From Chloroflexota bacterium (GTDB lineage: Bacteria; Chloroflexota; UBA11872; VXOZ01): a DNA stretch of 64,000 bases. Below, piece after piece: positions 48,744 through 58,416 of the stretch. Location: contig JAJEAH010000048.1 of the NCBI GenBank assembly GCA_022824225.1, forward strand, positions 2,764 through 66,763. Direction: 5' to 3'. The translations under genes were made by a program, and so were the position numbers. How positions within the stretch are numbered: the first letter of the stretch is position 1; each line of letters begins with the position of its first letter. The notes below the pieces were generated by a model, which was not told where the DNA came from, made no database searches, and saw nothing but the letters and a program-made list of their open reading frames with translations.

Positions 48744-49580
48744 ATGTTCACTCTTGGCGTCATGACCGATGAAATCTCACAAGACTTTGCCCATGCGCTC
48801 GACGTGATCGAGGAGTTTGGCGTGCGCACGGTCGAACTCCACGCTATGTGGGATAAGAACATCTGCGACCTGGACAGCCATGAGCTGACCCGGGTGCTGC
48901 GCATGGTGCGCGCACGCGACCTCACCGTGTGCGACATCGCCTCGCTCTTCCTGCGGTGTCCCATCGACGATTTGGACGCCTACAACGAGCACGTCAAGAT
49001 ACTGGAACGGTCCATTCAGATTGCGCCGTTGTTCGATTGCCAACTTGTGCGCTGCTTCTCGTTCTGGCGGGAAGACGACCTGGACACGCACTGGGATACG
49101 ATACTCGAACGGCTGGAACTGCCGGTGCGCATGGCGGAGTCTGCCGGTGTGACGCTGGCGTTCGAGAACGTGCGCTCGTGCAATATCGGCACCGGCGCGG
49201 AAACCGCGCGTCTGATGGAGACCATTGATTCACCAAACCTGCGCGTGATCTGGGACCCCGGCAACGCCTACGTGTCCGGCGAGGCGCGGCCCTATCCCGA
49301 CGGCTACGAAGCCGTAAAGCCGTGGATCGTGCACGTACACGTCAAGGACGCTGTGCTGAGCCCGGAGGGGGAATCGGTTTGGCAGCCCATTGGCGCGGGC
49401 AAGGTGGACTACGCCGGTCAGATGAAGGCGCTGGCGGAGGACGGCTACGACGGGGTGGTCTCATTGGAGACCCATTATTACCCCGAGGGCGGCACCCGCG
49501 AGCAGGGCAGCCGCGAGTCGTTTGCCGGCCTGCAGGCCATCCTGGCGGAACAGGGCATCGTGCCGAGAGAGATGGTCTAG
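48744..49580 (+). CDS. Sugar phosphate isomerase/epimerase (xylose isomerase-like TIM barrel)
   Basis: TDEISQD, LAFEN, WDPGN, HVHVKD, G.G.VDY and SLETH motifs. Confidence 0.9.
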   Translation: MFTLGVMTDEISQDFAHALDVIEEFGVRTVELHAMWDKNICDLDSHELTRVLRMVRARDLTVCDIASLFLRCPIDDLDAYNEHVKILERSIQIAPLFDCQLVRCFSFWREDDLDTHWDTILERLELPVRMAESAGVTLAFENVRSCNIGTGAETARLMETIDSPNLRVIWDPGNAYVSGEARPYPDGYEAVKPWIVHVHVKDAVLSPEGESVWQPIGAGKVDYAGQMKALAEDGYDGVVSLETHYYPEGGTREQGSRESFAGLQAILAEQGIVPREMV

Positions 49581-50082
49581 CGCTCGTTTGCGCAGCGTTC
49601 ACGACCGCTCCAGCCTTCTCCCTCCGCAGAGGGAGTTTCACCTGTGCTGCCATGCGCGACACACTGTCAAACGGGATTGCGGTTAAGAAGATACCGGCTT
49701 GCTCAGAAGACTATCCCGCCTCTTGGTGGGCTGGCCATGTATCTCCGGTAGCGCAGGTCTGTAACCTGCGTCTGTCTTCGGTCGCTCATATGCCTGTATA
49801 GCTTGCTTGCCGCTGGGAGGCATGTCCCTAGCCGCTTTACCACGCCGCAACGACCCGGGGGCGATGAAACATGCCCGTCCCATCTCACCGACACGTCGCA
49901 ACCGGGGACGTGCCCGCCGGATGCGATTCGCAGATGCGCCGAACTGCGGCACTTCCCAACGCTTCTCCACGTGAGGTCCGGCCACCATCCCGGACACTGC
50001 CCGCCGGCCGTCAAGCACGCGCGAGAGGCGCGTTTTCGCTACAATAGAGGCGAATAGCATCTGCAATCCAGGGGAGCGCGCG

Positions 50083-51477
50083 ATGGGCACAACGGTCGGG
50101 ACTGCCAACCTAACGCTAGACGAGCAATTCACGCGGCAATTCGCCGGTTCGGCCGCGCGCTTCCAGGACGCCGTAGACATCTTTCCCAACGGCGCTACCC
50201 ACGACGGCCGTGCCCAGAAGCCGTTTCCCCTCTATATCGAGCGCGCGCAGGGCGCGCACAAATGGGACGTGGACGGCAATCGCTTCATCGACTTTCTCGT
50301 GGGCCACGGCGCGCTCCTGCTGGGCCACGGCCATCCCGCCATCGTCGAGGCTGTGAACGCGCAGATGCAGCGCGGCACGCACTACGGCGCGGCCCATGAA
50401 CGCGAAGTAGAGTGGGGCCGCTGGGTGCAGCGGCTGATTCCGGCTGCTGAGCGCGTGCGCTTCACCAGTTCCGGCACCGAGGCCACGCTGATGGCCCTGC
50501 GGCTGGCGCGGGTGTTCACGGGCAAGAACAAGGTCGTCAAGTTCGAGCACCACTTCCACGGCTGGCATGACTACGTCGTGGTGGAAGGGCCGCCGGAGCC
50601 GCCGCCCGCCGGGGTGCCGGCCGGCACTGCCGACACCATGGTCGTGCTGCCGGTGCACGATCTCGAGCGCCTGGAAGCCGTGCTGCGGGACGATTCCGAT
50701 GTTGCCGCCGTCATCATGGAACCCACCGGCGCCGGCTACGCCACCTATCCCCTGGACCCCGATTTTCTCGCGGGGGTGCGCAAGCTCACGCTCGATTACG
50801 GTGTGGTGCTCGTCATGGATGAAGTCATCACCGGCTTTCGCTGCTCGCCGGGGGGCGCGCAGGCGGCCACCGGCGTCATTCCCGACCTTACCAGCCTGGC
50901 GAAGATCCTGGCCGGCGGGCTGCCCGGCGGTGCCGTGGCGGGACGCGCCGACATCATGGCTCACCTCGCCTACAGCGACGAGCCGGGGTGGAACGCCCGC
51001 AAGAAAGTCCGCCACCAGGGCACGTTCAATGCCAATCCCCTTTCGGCAACCGCGGGGTCAACCGCCTTGGCCATCGTGGCCGAGGGCTGGCCGGCGCGCC
51101 ACGTGAACGACCTCGCCGCTCTGCTGCGCGCCGAGCTCAATCAGGTCATGGACGCCCACGGCTTGAGCGGCTGCGTCTACGGCACGTACTCCATGTTCCA
51201 CATTCTGCTCAGCAACCCCCACAACCCGCGCGAGAAAATCTCGCCGGCGGACATTGGCGCCGCGGGCCAGCCGCCTTTCATCGCCATGCGCGACGCCGAC
51301 GCCGCGCTGTTCGGCAAGTTCAAGCGCGGCCTGCAGGTGCACGGCGTTGACCTCATGGGCGACGGCGGCATGCTCTCCACGGCGCACACTGAAGAAGATG
51401 TGCGCGAGGCCGCGGCGGCGTTCGACCGCACCATCGACCTGCTGAAGCAGGAGGGTACGATCCCTGGTGTGCGGTAG
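50083..51477 (+). CDS. Class III PLP aminotransferase (GSA aminomutase-like paralog)
   Basis: WDVDGN..ID, SSGTEA, HFHGWHD, DEVITGFR, AKILAGGLPGGA and HQGTFNANP; TACAAT -10 upstream. Confidence 0.9.
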   Translation: MGTTVGTANLTLDEQFTRQFAGSAARFQDAVDIFPNGATHDGRAQKPFPLYIERAQGAHKWDVDGNRFIDFLVGHGALLLGHGHPAIVEAVNAQMQRGTHYGAAHEREVEWGRWVQRLIPAAERVRFTSSGTEATLMALRLARVFTGKNKVVKFEHHFHGWHDYVVVEGPPEPPPAGVPAGTADTMVVLPVHDLERLEAVLRDDSDVAAVIMEPTGAGYATYPLDPDFLAGVRKLTLDYGVVLVMDEVITGFRCSPGGAQAATGVIPDLTSLAKILAGGLPGGAVAGRADIMAHLAYSDEPGWNARKKVRHQGTFNANPLSATAGSTALAIVAEGWPARHVNDLAALLRAELNQVMDAHGLSGCVYGTYSMFHILLSNPHNPREKISPADIGAAGQPPFIAMRDADAALFGKFKRGLQVHGVDLMGDGGMLSTAHTEEDVREAAAAFDRTIDLLKQEGTIPGVR

Positions 51478-51578
51478 CTTTAGGGAGCTACACCATGTGC
51501 GCAACTGCAGTTGACGCGGGAGGAGGCAAGTGCCTCTGATGAGAGCTGGGGTAAGCAACCCGGGGAAGGGAGCAAGTC

Positions 51579-51816
51579 ATGGCAGTCTTTGACACCCATA
51601 AGGCGTTTGAGACCTTGACGAGCGGAGGCTTCAGCGATCGATGCCCAAGCGCGGGCGCTGCTTAGCGCTATGGGCGAATCCCGTGAGTCCTTAGCTACTA
51701 AGGCAGACCTACGAGAACTGGAGTTGCGGGTACGGCCGCATTTGGGAGCCTATGTGTTCGCTGCGGCCGGCTTGGTGATAGCCGTGCTCATCGCCTATAT
51801 GGAGCTACGTGGATAG
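51579..51816 (+). pseudogene. Frameshifted small DUF1640/CCDC90-like coiled-coil membrane protein
   Basis: MAVFDTHKAFETLTSGGFSD / AQARALL...LATKADLRELEL...TM helix; removing one CGAT from CGATCGAT (51635-51642) restores a 77-aa ORF. Confidence 0.78.
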
Positions 51817-51901
51817 CGAATGACGATTATCTTGACTAAGCCCTGAGCGTCCATCTTGGTGCGCTTTCAATGCCGGTGTGCAGTATTGGGGAGAACAGTA
51901 A

Positions 51902-52891
51902 GTGAACCCTACCGCCAACGAACCGTCCTACGGTGGACCCGACCAGGAGATCTTCAAGCACGCGTTCACCGATCCGCTGAGCCCGTGCGAGCAGGTCTAT
52001 CCGCCGCTGGCTACGCTTGACGACATTCATGCGATGAACTCGTCGGTGGCGATGCCGGTGGACCGCTTCTTCACCGCCTACGCGGACTTGCAGATCGTGG
52101 GGGCGGACTCGCTGGCGCTCGACGGCGGCGATACCCACTTGCTGCGCCTCACTTACACCCTGGGCGGAGACACGTTCCACGCCCATGCCTATGCGCCCGC
52201 CCACCCGCAGACCGCGCGTCCCGCCGCGCTGGTCACGCCGGGAAGCGGCCTCAATTGCTCGGAGGGCATCTACCGCAACGACCCGGAGAGCTACCACTAC
52301 GGCATCGTGGAGGCGCTGGGCGACGCCTGCAACACCTACGTCTTTATCAAGCCCAATGAGGACTGCCTGGCGTTCCACAATGGATCAGGCAAACTCAACA
52401 TAAACTTCTTCGTCAACTGGCTGCTGAACCGGGCCCAGTCATTTTCCGCCGCGTACATCGTGGGCGCTATGGCCGTCACGAAATACTTGCAGGGGCGGCA
52501 CGACGCCGTGGTGCTCGCCGGGCTTTCTCAGGGCGGCGGCGCGACCTTGCTCACCGCCTTACAGTCGCAGCCCACGGCCGCCGTGATCGCCTCCGGCTTC
52601 TCGGTAATCATGGACCGCATCCAGTGGTCGGGGCACAACCAGATCATCATTCCCGGCATCGGCCAGGCCTATAGCAACGAGAACGTGCGGGAAAAGATCA
52701 AGGCGTCGCCGACGCAGTTCCTCTTTACCTACGGTAAACAGGAAAGCGTCATCTACCGCCTCGAGGCGGAAGAGCACTATAGCTGCGACTTCCTCGCGGA
52801 ATGCCCCAACGTGCGCTGCGAGTCCCACCACGAGGGCCACATCTTCCACGTGGGGATCACGAGCGACTTCCTGCGGGGGTTTGGGTTATAG
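51902..52891 (+). CDS. Alpha/beta hydrolase-fold protein
   Basis: Nucleophile elbow GLSQGG and C-terminal GHIF; GGAG SD. Confidence 0.75.
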   Translation: MNPTANEPSYGGPDQEIFKHAFTDPLSPCEQVYPPLATLDDIHAMNSSVAMPVDRFFTAYADLQIVGADSLALDGGDTHLLRLTYTLGGDTFHAHAYAPAHPQTARPAALVTPGSGLNCSEGIYRNDPESYHYGIVEALGDACNTYVFIKPNEDCLAFHNGSGKLNINFFVNWLLNRAQSFSAAYIVGAMAVTKYLQGRHDAVVLAGLSQGGGATLLTALQSQPTAAVIASGFSVIMDRIQWSGHNQIIIPGIGQAYSNENVREKIKASPTQFLFTYGKQESVIYRLEAEEHYSCDFLAECPNVRCESHHEGHIFHVGITSDFLRGFGL

Positions 52892-53010
52892 AGGGTGCGT
52901 TCGGCCTCCGGCAGTTGAGGTTGCGGCCTACCTCTAGCATGTCTCGTAGAATCACGTTGCTATGGCGTCTCCGGTTAGATGGGTGGAAATCTCTGTGCGA
53001 ATGAACGGCC

Positions 53011-54963
53011 ATGGGTAACGGAGAGCACTACACCGACGAGTGGACGCCGCTCAATCCCGTCATCTTGGAGGCGTACCGCCCGCCGTCGGACGTAGTGGTC
53101 GCGGCGGCCTGCGCGCCCCGGCAGGCCATGGTGGGCACGTGGCAGCGCGTCGCGCTGCGGCTGACCCTGGGGCGGGACGGGTTGCGCCGGGGCGATTCGT
53201 TGGCGGTGCAGTCCGCGACGCGGGGTTTGCAGTCGTGGCCGTCCCTGCAGGTCCTGATGCCTGCCGAGGCGGGGTATACAAGCGCCGCGGCGGCCTCCGG
53301 CCGGCGCGTAACCTGCACGCTCAGCGGGCAGCACGTGCGCGTGACCGCCCTGGATGCGCTCCCCGCCGGTGATACGATTGTGCTCACCTACGGCGACCGG
53401 CGCGCCGGCGGACCCGGCATCCGCATGACCCTCGCAGCCCTCCGCCAGTGGTTCCGCGTGCTCTACGAGCCGGGTGACGGGTCCGGCGCCCGCGAGGTGT
53501 CAGCCGACCCGCCCTATCTCGACCTCCTACCGGCTGCGCCGCACCGTCTGGACGTCTTAGCGCCCAGCCGGGCGCGCCGCGGTGAGCCCTTTGATCTCGT
53601 GGTCAAGGCCGTCGATGAACACGGCAACACCGCCGCTCCGTTGGCGCAGCCCGCGGTCATTTCTCCGGTCAACGGAACCGACTGTCCCCCCGAAATTGCA
53701 TTGTCCACCGGCGGGCGCGCCGCCGGGCGCGCCGCCATCGTGCTGAAGGAAGACATGCCCCCTGTTGGGAGGGTGCGTCTCGTGGTGCGGCATCCCGCCG
53801 TGCCTGCAGCGGGGCGCGGCACGCCGCTGGAAGCGCTGCCCGCCCACGACGATTCCGATCTCGTCTTCTGGGGCGACTTACATGCCCACACGTCCCACGG
53901 CCATGCCTACGGTGAGATCGAAGACCTGTACCACTACGCCAGTGATGAAGCGCGCCTGGACTTTGTGGCGCACGTGGAGCACTACACCCGCGCCGGTGAG
54001 TGGCTGCACCCGTGGTGGCGGCGGCGCTATCCCGATTGTCAAACGGTCGTGGACTTCGTCGAGCGCTCCTGGCAGGAGCGGCTGGCACTGGCGCGGCAGT
54101 TTGACGATCCGGGCCGGTTCGCACCGCTACTGGGCTTCGAATGGGCCCACGACACGGGGCATCTCAACGGCTTCTTTCCCGGTCTGGACGCGCCGCCGGT
54201 CTACCCAACGAGCTTTCGCGATCCGGCTATGACGCCCGCCCATCTCAATGAGTTGCTCGCCGGTCACGAGTGGTTCGGCGTGCCCCACCACACCGCGTTT
54301 CCGCTGGGCCGGGGCACGTTGGGCGGCTTCAGGTGGGAGCTTTTCGACCCGGAGACCATGCCGTGCGTGGAGATCGCCTCCAAGCAGGGCAATGGCGAGT
54401 ATTTCGGCGCGCCGAACGCCGCCCTGCCCATGGGCGTGGGCGGCACGGTGCGCGAGGGTCTGGCGCGCGGCCTGCGCTTCGGCTTTGTGGGCGCGACCGA
54501 CACGAATATCGCCCGCCCGGGCTCGTTCACCGCTCAGGAGAAACGCCAGCGGCTACCGGGGTTGACGGCTGTATTCGCGCCTGCGCTGGAGCGCAGAGCA
54601 ATCTACGATGCCATCCGCCAACGCCGCTGCTATGCCACCCTGGGCGGCAGACCCATCCTGCGCTTCGGCATCAACGGCGCGTTCATGGGCGAGTCCCTGC
54701 GCTTGCCCCAGGCCGACACCGTGAAGCACATTGTATGTGATGTTGCCGGTTCGGCGGAACTCGCCCGCGTGGAGGTCATCAAGAACGGCGCGCCGTTCTT
54801 TCAATTCGTCACCACCGATACCGGCGCCCACAACCGCACCCACGACTACCGCGAAGAGTTCCCCGACACCACCCCCAGCCAACCCGGCGACTACTACTAC
54901 CTGCGCGTCCAGCAACACGACGGCGCCCTCGCCTGGTCCAGCCCGATCTGGATCGACCTCTAA
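53011..54963 (+). CDS. DUF3604 / PHP-like metal-dependent hydrolase
   Basis: FWGDLHAHT, LDF, GFEW...GH.N, PHH, GFVGATD, GLTAVFA..L.R.AI.DA...RRCYAT and AWSSPIW motifs. Confidence 0.85.
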   Translation: MGNGEHYTDEWTPLNPVILEAYRPPSDVVVAAACAPRQAMVGTWQRVALRLTLGRDGLRRGDSLAVQSATRGLQSWPSLQVLMPAEAGYTSAAAASGRRVTCTLSGQHVRVTALDALPAGDTIVLTYGDRRAGGPGIRMTLAALRQWFRVLYEPGDGSGAREVSADPPYLDLLPAAPHRLDVLAPSRARRGEPFDLVVKAVDEHGNTAAPLAQPAVISPVNGTDCPPEIALSTGGRAAGRAAIVLKEDMPPVGRVRLVVRHPAVPAAGRGTPLEALPAHDDSDLVFWGDLHAHTSHGHAYGEIEDLYHYASDEARLDFVAHVEHYTRAGEWLHPWWRRRYPDCQTVVDFVERSWQERLALARQFDDPGRFAPLLGFEWAHDTGHLNGFFPGLDAPPVYPTSFRDPAMTPAHLNELLAGHEWFGVPHHTAFPLGRGTLGGFRWELFDPETMPCVEIASKQGNGEYFGAPNAALPMGVGGTVREGLARGLRFGFVGATDTNIARPGSFTAQEKRQRLPGLTAVFAPALERRAIYDAIRQRRCYATLGGRPILRFGINGAFMGESLRLPQADTVKHIVCDVAGSAELARVEVIKNGAPFFQFVTTDTGAHNRTHDYREEFPDTTPSQPGDYYYLRVQQHDGALAWSSPIWIDL

Positions 54964-55066
54964 TGTGGACTATTCTCAAGGCCGGCTGTAAAGTAGCTTG
55001 AAAAGCCCACACGAACTGTCCGGAAAATCGCCAATTTTGCCGGCAGCTAGATACATACATTCTCTG

Positions 55067-55672
55067 ATGGCGATAGCGCAAAATACAGTTGACGTCACCA
55101 ATTTCAATCGACAAGCGCGCCTACCGTATGATTTGCGGCTTCAGGACTTTCAGATGGCCATGCAGGATGTCTATGACTTCTTGTATGACGTGAATTCGCA
55201 TCTTAGCGGAAGAGGACTGCAGCGGCTCGACGACATGCTGCGCCCCGCGATACTGTCTGGGGCCCTATCTGACATGCTGACGGCCAGTCTCGCAAAGCAC
55301 TCCCGTGTACTTACGGAAAACCAATACCACAACGGACACCCAGACCTCGTCGTGCAAGGAGTCTACCCCCATAATGCGGTTAAGGCCGGAGCAGAAGGCG
55401 TGGAAGTCAAGACGACGCGGAAGGCTGGAGGAGCCGTGGATACGCACGGGGCGCGCGAACAGTGGATGTGCGTCTTCGTCTACCGCGTGGATACGGAGTC
55501 CGAGCCCGCGATTGAACGCGAGCCTCTGACCTTCGCCGAGGTCTATCTGGGACACGTCAAAATCGAGGACTTCCGCCGGAATCCCCGTAGCGAGCTTGGC
55601 ACTCGTACCGCGACACTCCACAAGAACGGCATTCAGAAACTCCGCCAGTGTTGGGTCTATCGTCTGGACTGA
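55067..55672 (+). CDS. Putative PD-(D/E)xK type II restriction endonuclease
   Basis: HPDL...GVEVK motif; convergent with and overlapping a DNA MTase gene; start ATG 55067 inferred. Confidence 0.72.
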   Translation: MAIAQNTVDVTNFNRQARLPYDLRLQDFQMAMQDVYDFLYDVNSHLSGRGLQRLDDMLRPAILSGALSDMLTASLAKHSRVLTENQYHNGHPDLVVQGVYPHNAVKAGAEGVEVKTTRKAGGAVDTHGAREQWMCVFVYRVDTESEPAIEREPLTFAEVYLGHVKIEDFRRNPRSELGTRTATLHKNGIQKLRQCWVYRLD

Positions 55673-56814
55673 TCTCCTTTTGGAGTGAACCGGATCAGCT
55701 TTGGAATCGCGGAACTCGCCATCTCGAAATAGCGGTCATCTTTCTCTACGCCAATGCTTGCATAGCCTACGGCCTCCGCGGCGGCCAGGGTTGATCCTGA
55801 GCCAGCAAACGGATCGAGAATGACTCCCTCGCCGAGGGGAAGTGCCGAACGCACCAGTTGGCGCAAGAAGGATTGTGGTTTCAGGCTGGGGTGCGGCGCC
55901 AACTCCCGCTCGGCCTTCCTTGTGGGCGAAGAAGGAATCACGTCTCCAAACGGCTTTTCTTGAGACTGTCGGCGGAAGCCACCGGTCCGCCACTGCCGCA
56001 GGTTGTCTTGGACTCTTCCCTCGATCGGCTTACGGTACACGAGCCACGGCTCCCACATCGAACGCGGCATCACGCTCACTTCGGAGAACTCATCGTGAGC
56101 CGCTTTCGGCCGGTCGCCGCCCCGCATCGTCATGGTGAGCCGCACTATCTCCCCCCTCCGCTCCAGCCCCGCCTCCGCCAGCGCCCCTGACACCAGATAC
56201 GACACAAGGGGATTGGACGCCACGATGACGTGGGCTCCCGGAACGAGCCTGGGCAGCAGTAGGCGGGCCCACACGTAGAAGAAGGTCCTGATGTCCTTGA
56301 GTTGCTCGTCGTTGAGCGTCGTAAACCGAGGCACTGGGGAGCGCACGTGACCGTCAAAAGACGGCGGAATCCGCCAGACGCCACCCCTGCCTCTACGCAG
56401 CTTGGCTTGTTGCTCGTCTGTATACTCGTGGAGACCGTATGGCGGGTCCGTAATGACTGCATGAATGCTGTTTGCGGGTTGCTGCTCCAGCCAGTCGAAG
56501 CAATCGGCGTGATGGAGCGTTGCGCGGCCAAAGGTGAGCGGAGCTTGGGGCGTTGCCATCGGCGGCATCGGACGCTGTAGCGCTGGCGCCGAATCTTGAC
56601 GTAGGGTGTACACCCCCCGCTCTTCCCGCGTAAACAACTGCGGCGTATTCAGGCGAAGGTAGGAGCGAACGGAGGATTCCTTAACCGGCCCAACGACCTG
56701 AGAGACTCGGTCCCCAATCTCCTTGGCCGTTAGTCCCTTAGACGTAAGGGACATGACCTGAATGATGCCGTCCCTGACTTGCCCGGGCGCGCGTCTGTTC
56801 TCATTCTCTGCCAT
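55657..56814 (-). CDS. Beta-class N4-C/N6-A DNA methyltransferase with N-terminal winged-HTH domain
   Basis: TDPPY (motif IV) precedes HPSLKP and DPFAGSGST (motif I); N-terminal LTAKEI...SSVRSYL...RGVYTL resembles a wHTH; start 56814 supported by the promoter. Confidence 0.92.
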   Translation of the reverse strand: MAENENRRAPGQVRDGIIQVMSLTSKGLTAKEIGDRVSQVVGPVKESSVRSYLRLNTPQLFTREERGVYTLRQDSAPALQRPMPPMATPQAPLTFGRATLHHADCFDWLEQQPANSIHAVITDPPYGLHEYTDEQQAKLRRGRGGVWRIPPSFDGHVRSPVPRFTTLNDEQLKDIRTFFYVWARLLLPRLVPGAHVIVASNPLVSYLVSGALAEAGLERRGEIVRLTMTMRGGDRPKAAHDEFSEVSVMPRSMWEPWLVYRKPIEGRVQDNLRQWRTGGFRRQSQEKPFGDVIPSSPTRKAERELAPHPSLKPQSFLRQLVRSALPLGEGVILDPFAGSGSTLAAAEAVGYASIGVEKDDRYFEMASSAIPKLIRFTPKGDQSRR

Positions 56815-56823
56815 CGTGTCTTG

Positions 56824-56852
56824 AGTATGGACGTCTGGACGTCTTTTGTCAA
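56824..56852 (-). promoter_or_regulatory. Sigma70-type promoter of the MTase gene with two GACGTC palindromes in the spacer
   Basis: TTGACA (56852-56847), 17 bp, CATACT (56829-56824), ending 9 bp before the ATG; GACGTC at 56830-56835 and 56838-56843. Confidence 0.8.
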
Positions 56853-56904
56853 GTGAGGCCATTAGGTCGAGTGCGGGAGTTGCGCCGCCAGAATTGCATA
56901 GGAG

Positions 56905-57795
56905 TTAGAGGATATCGACAAGCGTCTCCAGGGCCACGAAAACGAAGAACACCGCCGAAAGGGAGCTATTCACATGGAAGAAGGCGGTGTTGACGCGGGA
57001 GAGGTCGCGGGGATTGACGAGCAGGTGTTCCCAGATGAGCAGCCCAGCCACGGCCGCGATGCCGAGCCAGTAGAAGAGCCCCAGACCAAGGAGCGCGCCC
57101 ACCGCTGCCAGGCAGAGCACGGTGGCGGTGTGGGAGAGGGCGGAGAAGACTAGCGCACGCGGGATGCCGAAACGCGCGGGCACGGAGTAGAGGCCCTCTT
57201 TCAGGTCGATTTCGTAGTCTTGGCAGGCGTAGATCATGTCGAAACCCGCCATCCAGGTTACTACCGCCGCGCCCAGGAGCACTGTGCTCCACGCGAATTC
57301 GCCCGTAACCGCAATCCAGCCACCCATGGGCGCCATGGAGCCGGAGACGCCGAGCGCAAAGTGGCTGAGCCACGTGAACCGCTTGGTGTAGGAGTAGAAG
57401 ACCAGCCAGAATATCGCCACCGGCGAGAGCAGCACGCAGAGCCAATTGAGCATGGCCGCCGCAAACACCATGAGCGCCAGGTTAGCGATGCTCGCGCCCC
57501 ACATGAACTGCGGGGAGAGGATGCCCTGCGGCAAGGCGCGAATCGCCGTGCGGGGATTGCGGCTGTCCAGGTGGCGGTCGATGATGCGGTTGAGCGACAT
57601 GGCAGCGGTTCGACCGGTTGTCATGGCCACCGTTACCCAGATGAATTGCCACAGCGTCGGCAAGCCTCCCGCCGCCAGCAGCATGGCCAGGTAGGCGAAC
57701 GGCAAGGTGAAAGCCGCGTGCTCGATCTTGATGGCTTCCAAGAAGACCGGCACCTTGCGGATTACCGCTCCCACAGACGAAGGCGTGGCGCTCAT
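56905..57795 (-). CDS. mqnP: UbiA-family prenyltransferase, MqnP-like (futalosine menaquinone pathway)
   Basis: IKIEH..F.LPFAY, RTAAM.LNRIIDR.LD.RNPRT..R, YSYTKRFT, GFD.IYACQD and AFF.VN motifs. Confidence 0.88.
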   Translation of the reverse strand: MSATPSSVGAVIRKVPVFLEAIKIEHAAFTLPFAYLAMLLAAGGLPTLWQFIWVTVAMTTGRTAAMSLNRIIDRHLDSRNPRTAIRALPQGILSPQFMWGASIANLALMVFAAAMLNWLCVLLSPVAIFWLVFYSYTKRFTWLSHFALGVSGSMAPMGGWIAVTGEFAWSTVLLGAAVVTWMAGFDMIYACQDYEIDLKEGLYSVPARFGIPRALVFSALSHTATVLCLAAVGALLGLGLFYWLGIAAVAGLLIWEHLLVNPRDLSRVNTAFFHVNSSLSAVFFVFVALETLVDIL

Positions 57796-57828
57796 GTGAT
57801 TTCTCTGCTCTTGGCAGCCTGACTGCGG

Positions 57829-58416
57829 CTATTCGCGGGGCAGCATTTCCGCGAGCAGTGTCTCCATGGTGGCGATGGGCAGGGGGCCAATGAATTTGGC
57901 GGCTATGGTACCGTCGGGCGCGATGAAATAGGTTTCCGGGATGCCGGAGACACCGTACTCGATGGCGATCTTGCCGTTGGGGTCGGGTCCGCTGGGGTAG
58001 GTCTGCCCGTAGGCCTTGCGGAACTGCGCCGCCGACTCTTCGCTATCCCACAGGTTGATGCCCAGCACCACCACGCCCCGGTCCTGGTGGCGGACGTGGG
58101 TCTCTTCCAGCGCGGGGGCTTCCGCCCGGCACGGGGCGCACCACGAGGCCCAGAAGTTGATGACCACGGCTTGCCCGCGCAGGTCGCTGAGCCGCACCAC
58201 GCGGCCGTCGCTCAACGTCAAGGTAAAGTCCGGCGCGGGACGGTTGTCCTGGCGGATGAGGGTGGGTTCCAGGTTTACGCCCGGCTCGAAGCCCGCCAGT
58301 TGCCCGCTCTGGGAGAGCACATAGTAGAACAGCGCCAGCAGACCGGCCATCATCGCCACCAGGAGCGGTATGAGCACGTACCGCAGGGGTATGGTGCGCG
58401 GGGCCGCACTGCTCAC
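57829..58416 (-). CDS. TlpA/ResA-like membrane-anchored thiol-disulfide oxidoreductase
   Basis: N-terminal TM, APDFTL, NFWASWCAPCRAE and YGVSGIPETYFI motifs. Confidence 0.93.
   Translation of the reverse strand: MSSAAPRTIPLRYVLIPLLVAMMAGLLALFYYVLSQSGQLAGFEPGVNLEPTLIRQDNRPAPDFTLTLSDGRVVRLSDLRGQAVVINFWASWCAPCRAEAPALEETHVRHQDRGVVVLGINLWDSEESAAQFRKAYGQTYPSGPDPNGKIAIEYGVSGIPETYFIAPDGTIAAKFIGPLPIATMETLLAEMLPRE

Noticed and set aside
49581-50082. 500-bp intergenic region as a riboswitch or ncRNA
   Set aside because: I could identify only one REP and a -10 box; an Rfam/Infernal scan would be needed to support anything more.
38815-51477. Naming either class III aminotransferase hemL
   Set aside because: Two divergent paralogs without the usual HemL PGGVNSPVR N-terminal motif and with no hem gene context.
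51530-51580. CTGATGAG as a hammerhead ribozyme core
   Set aside because: No stem II closing onto GAAA and no compatible stems found.
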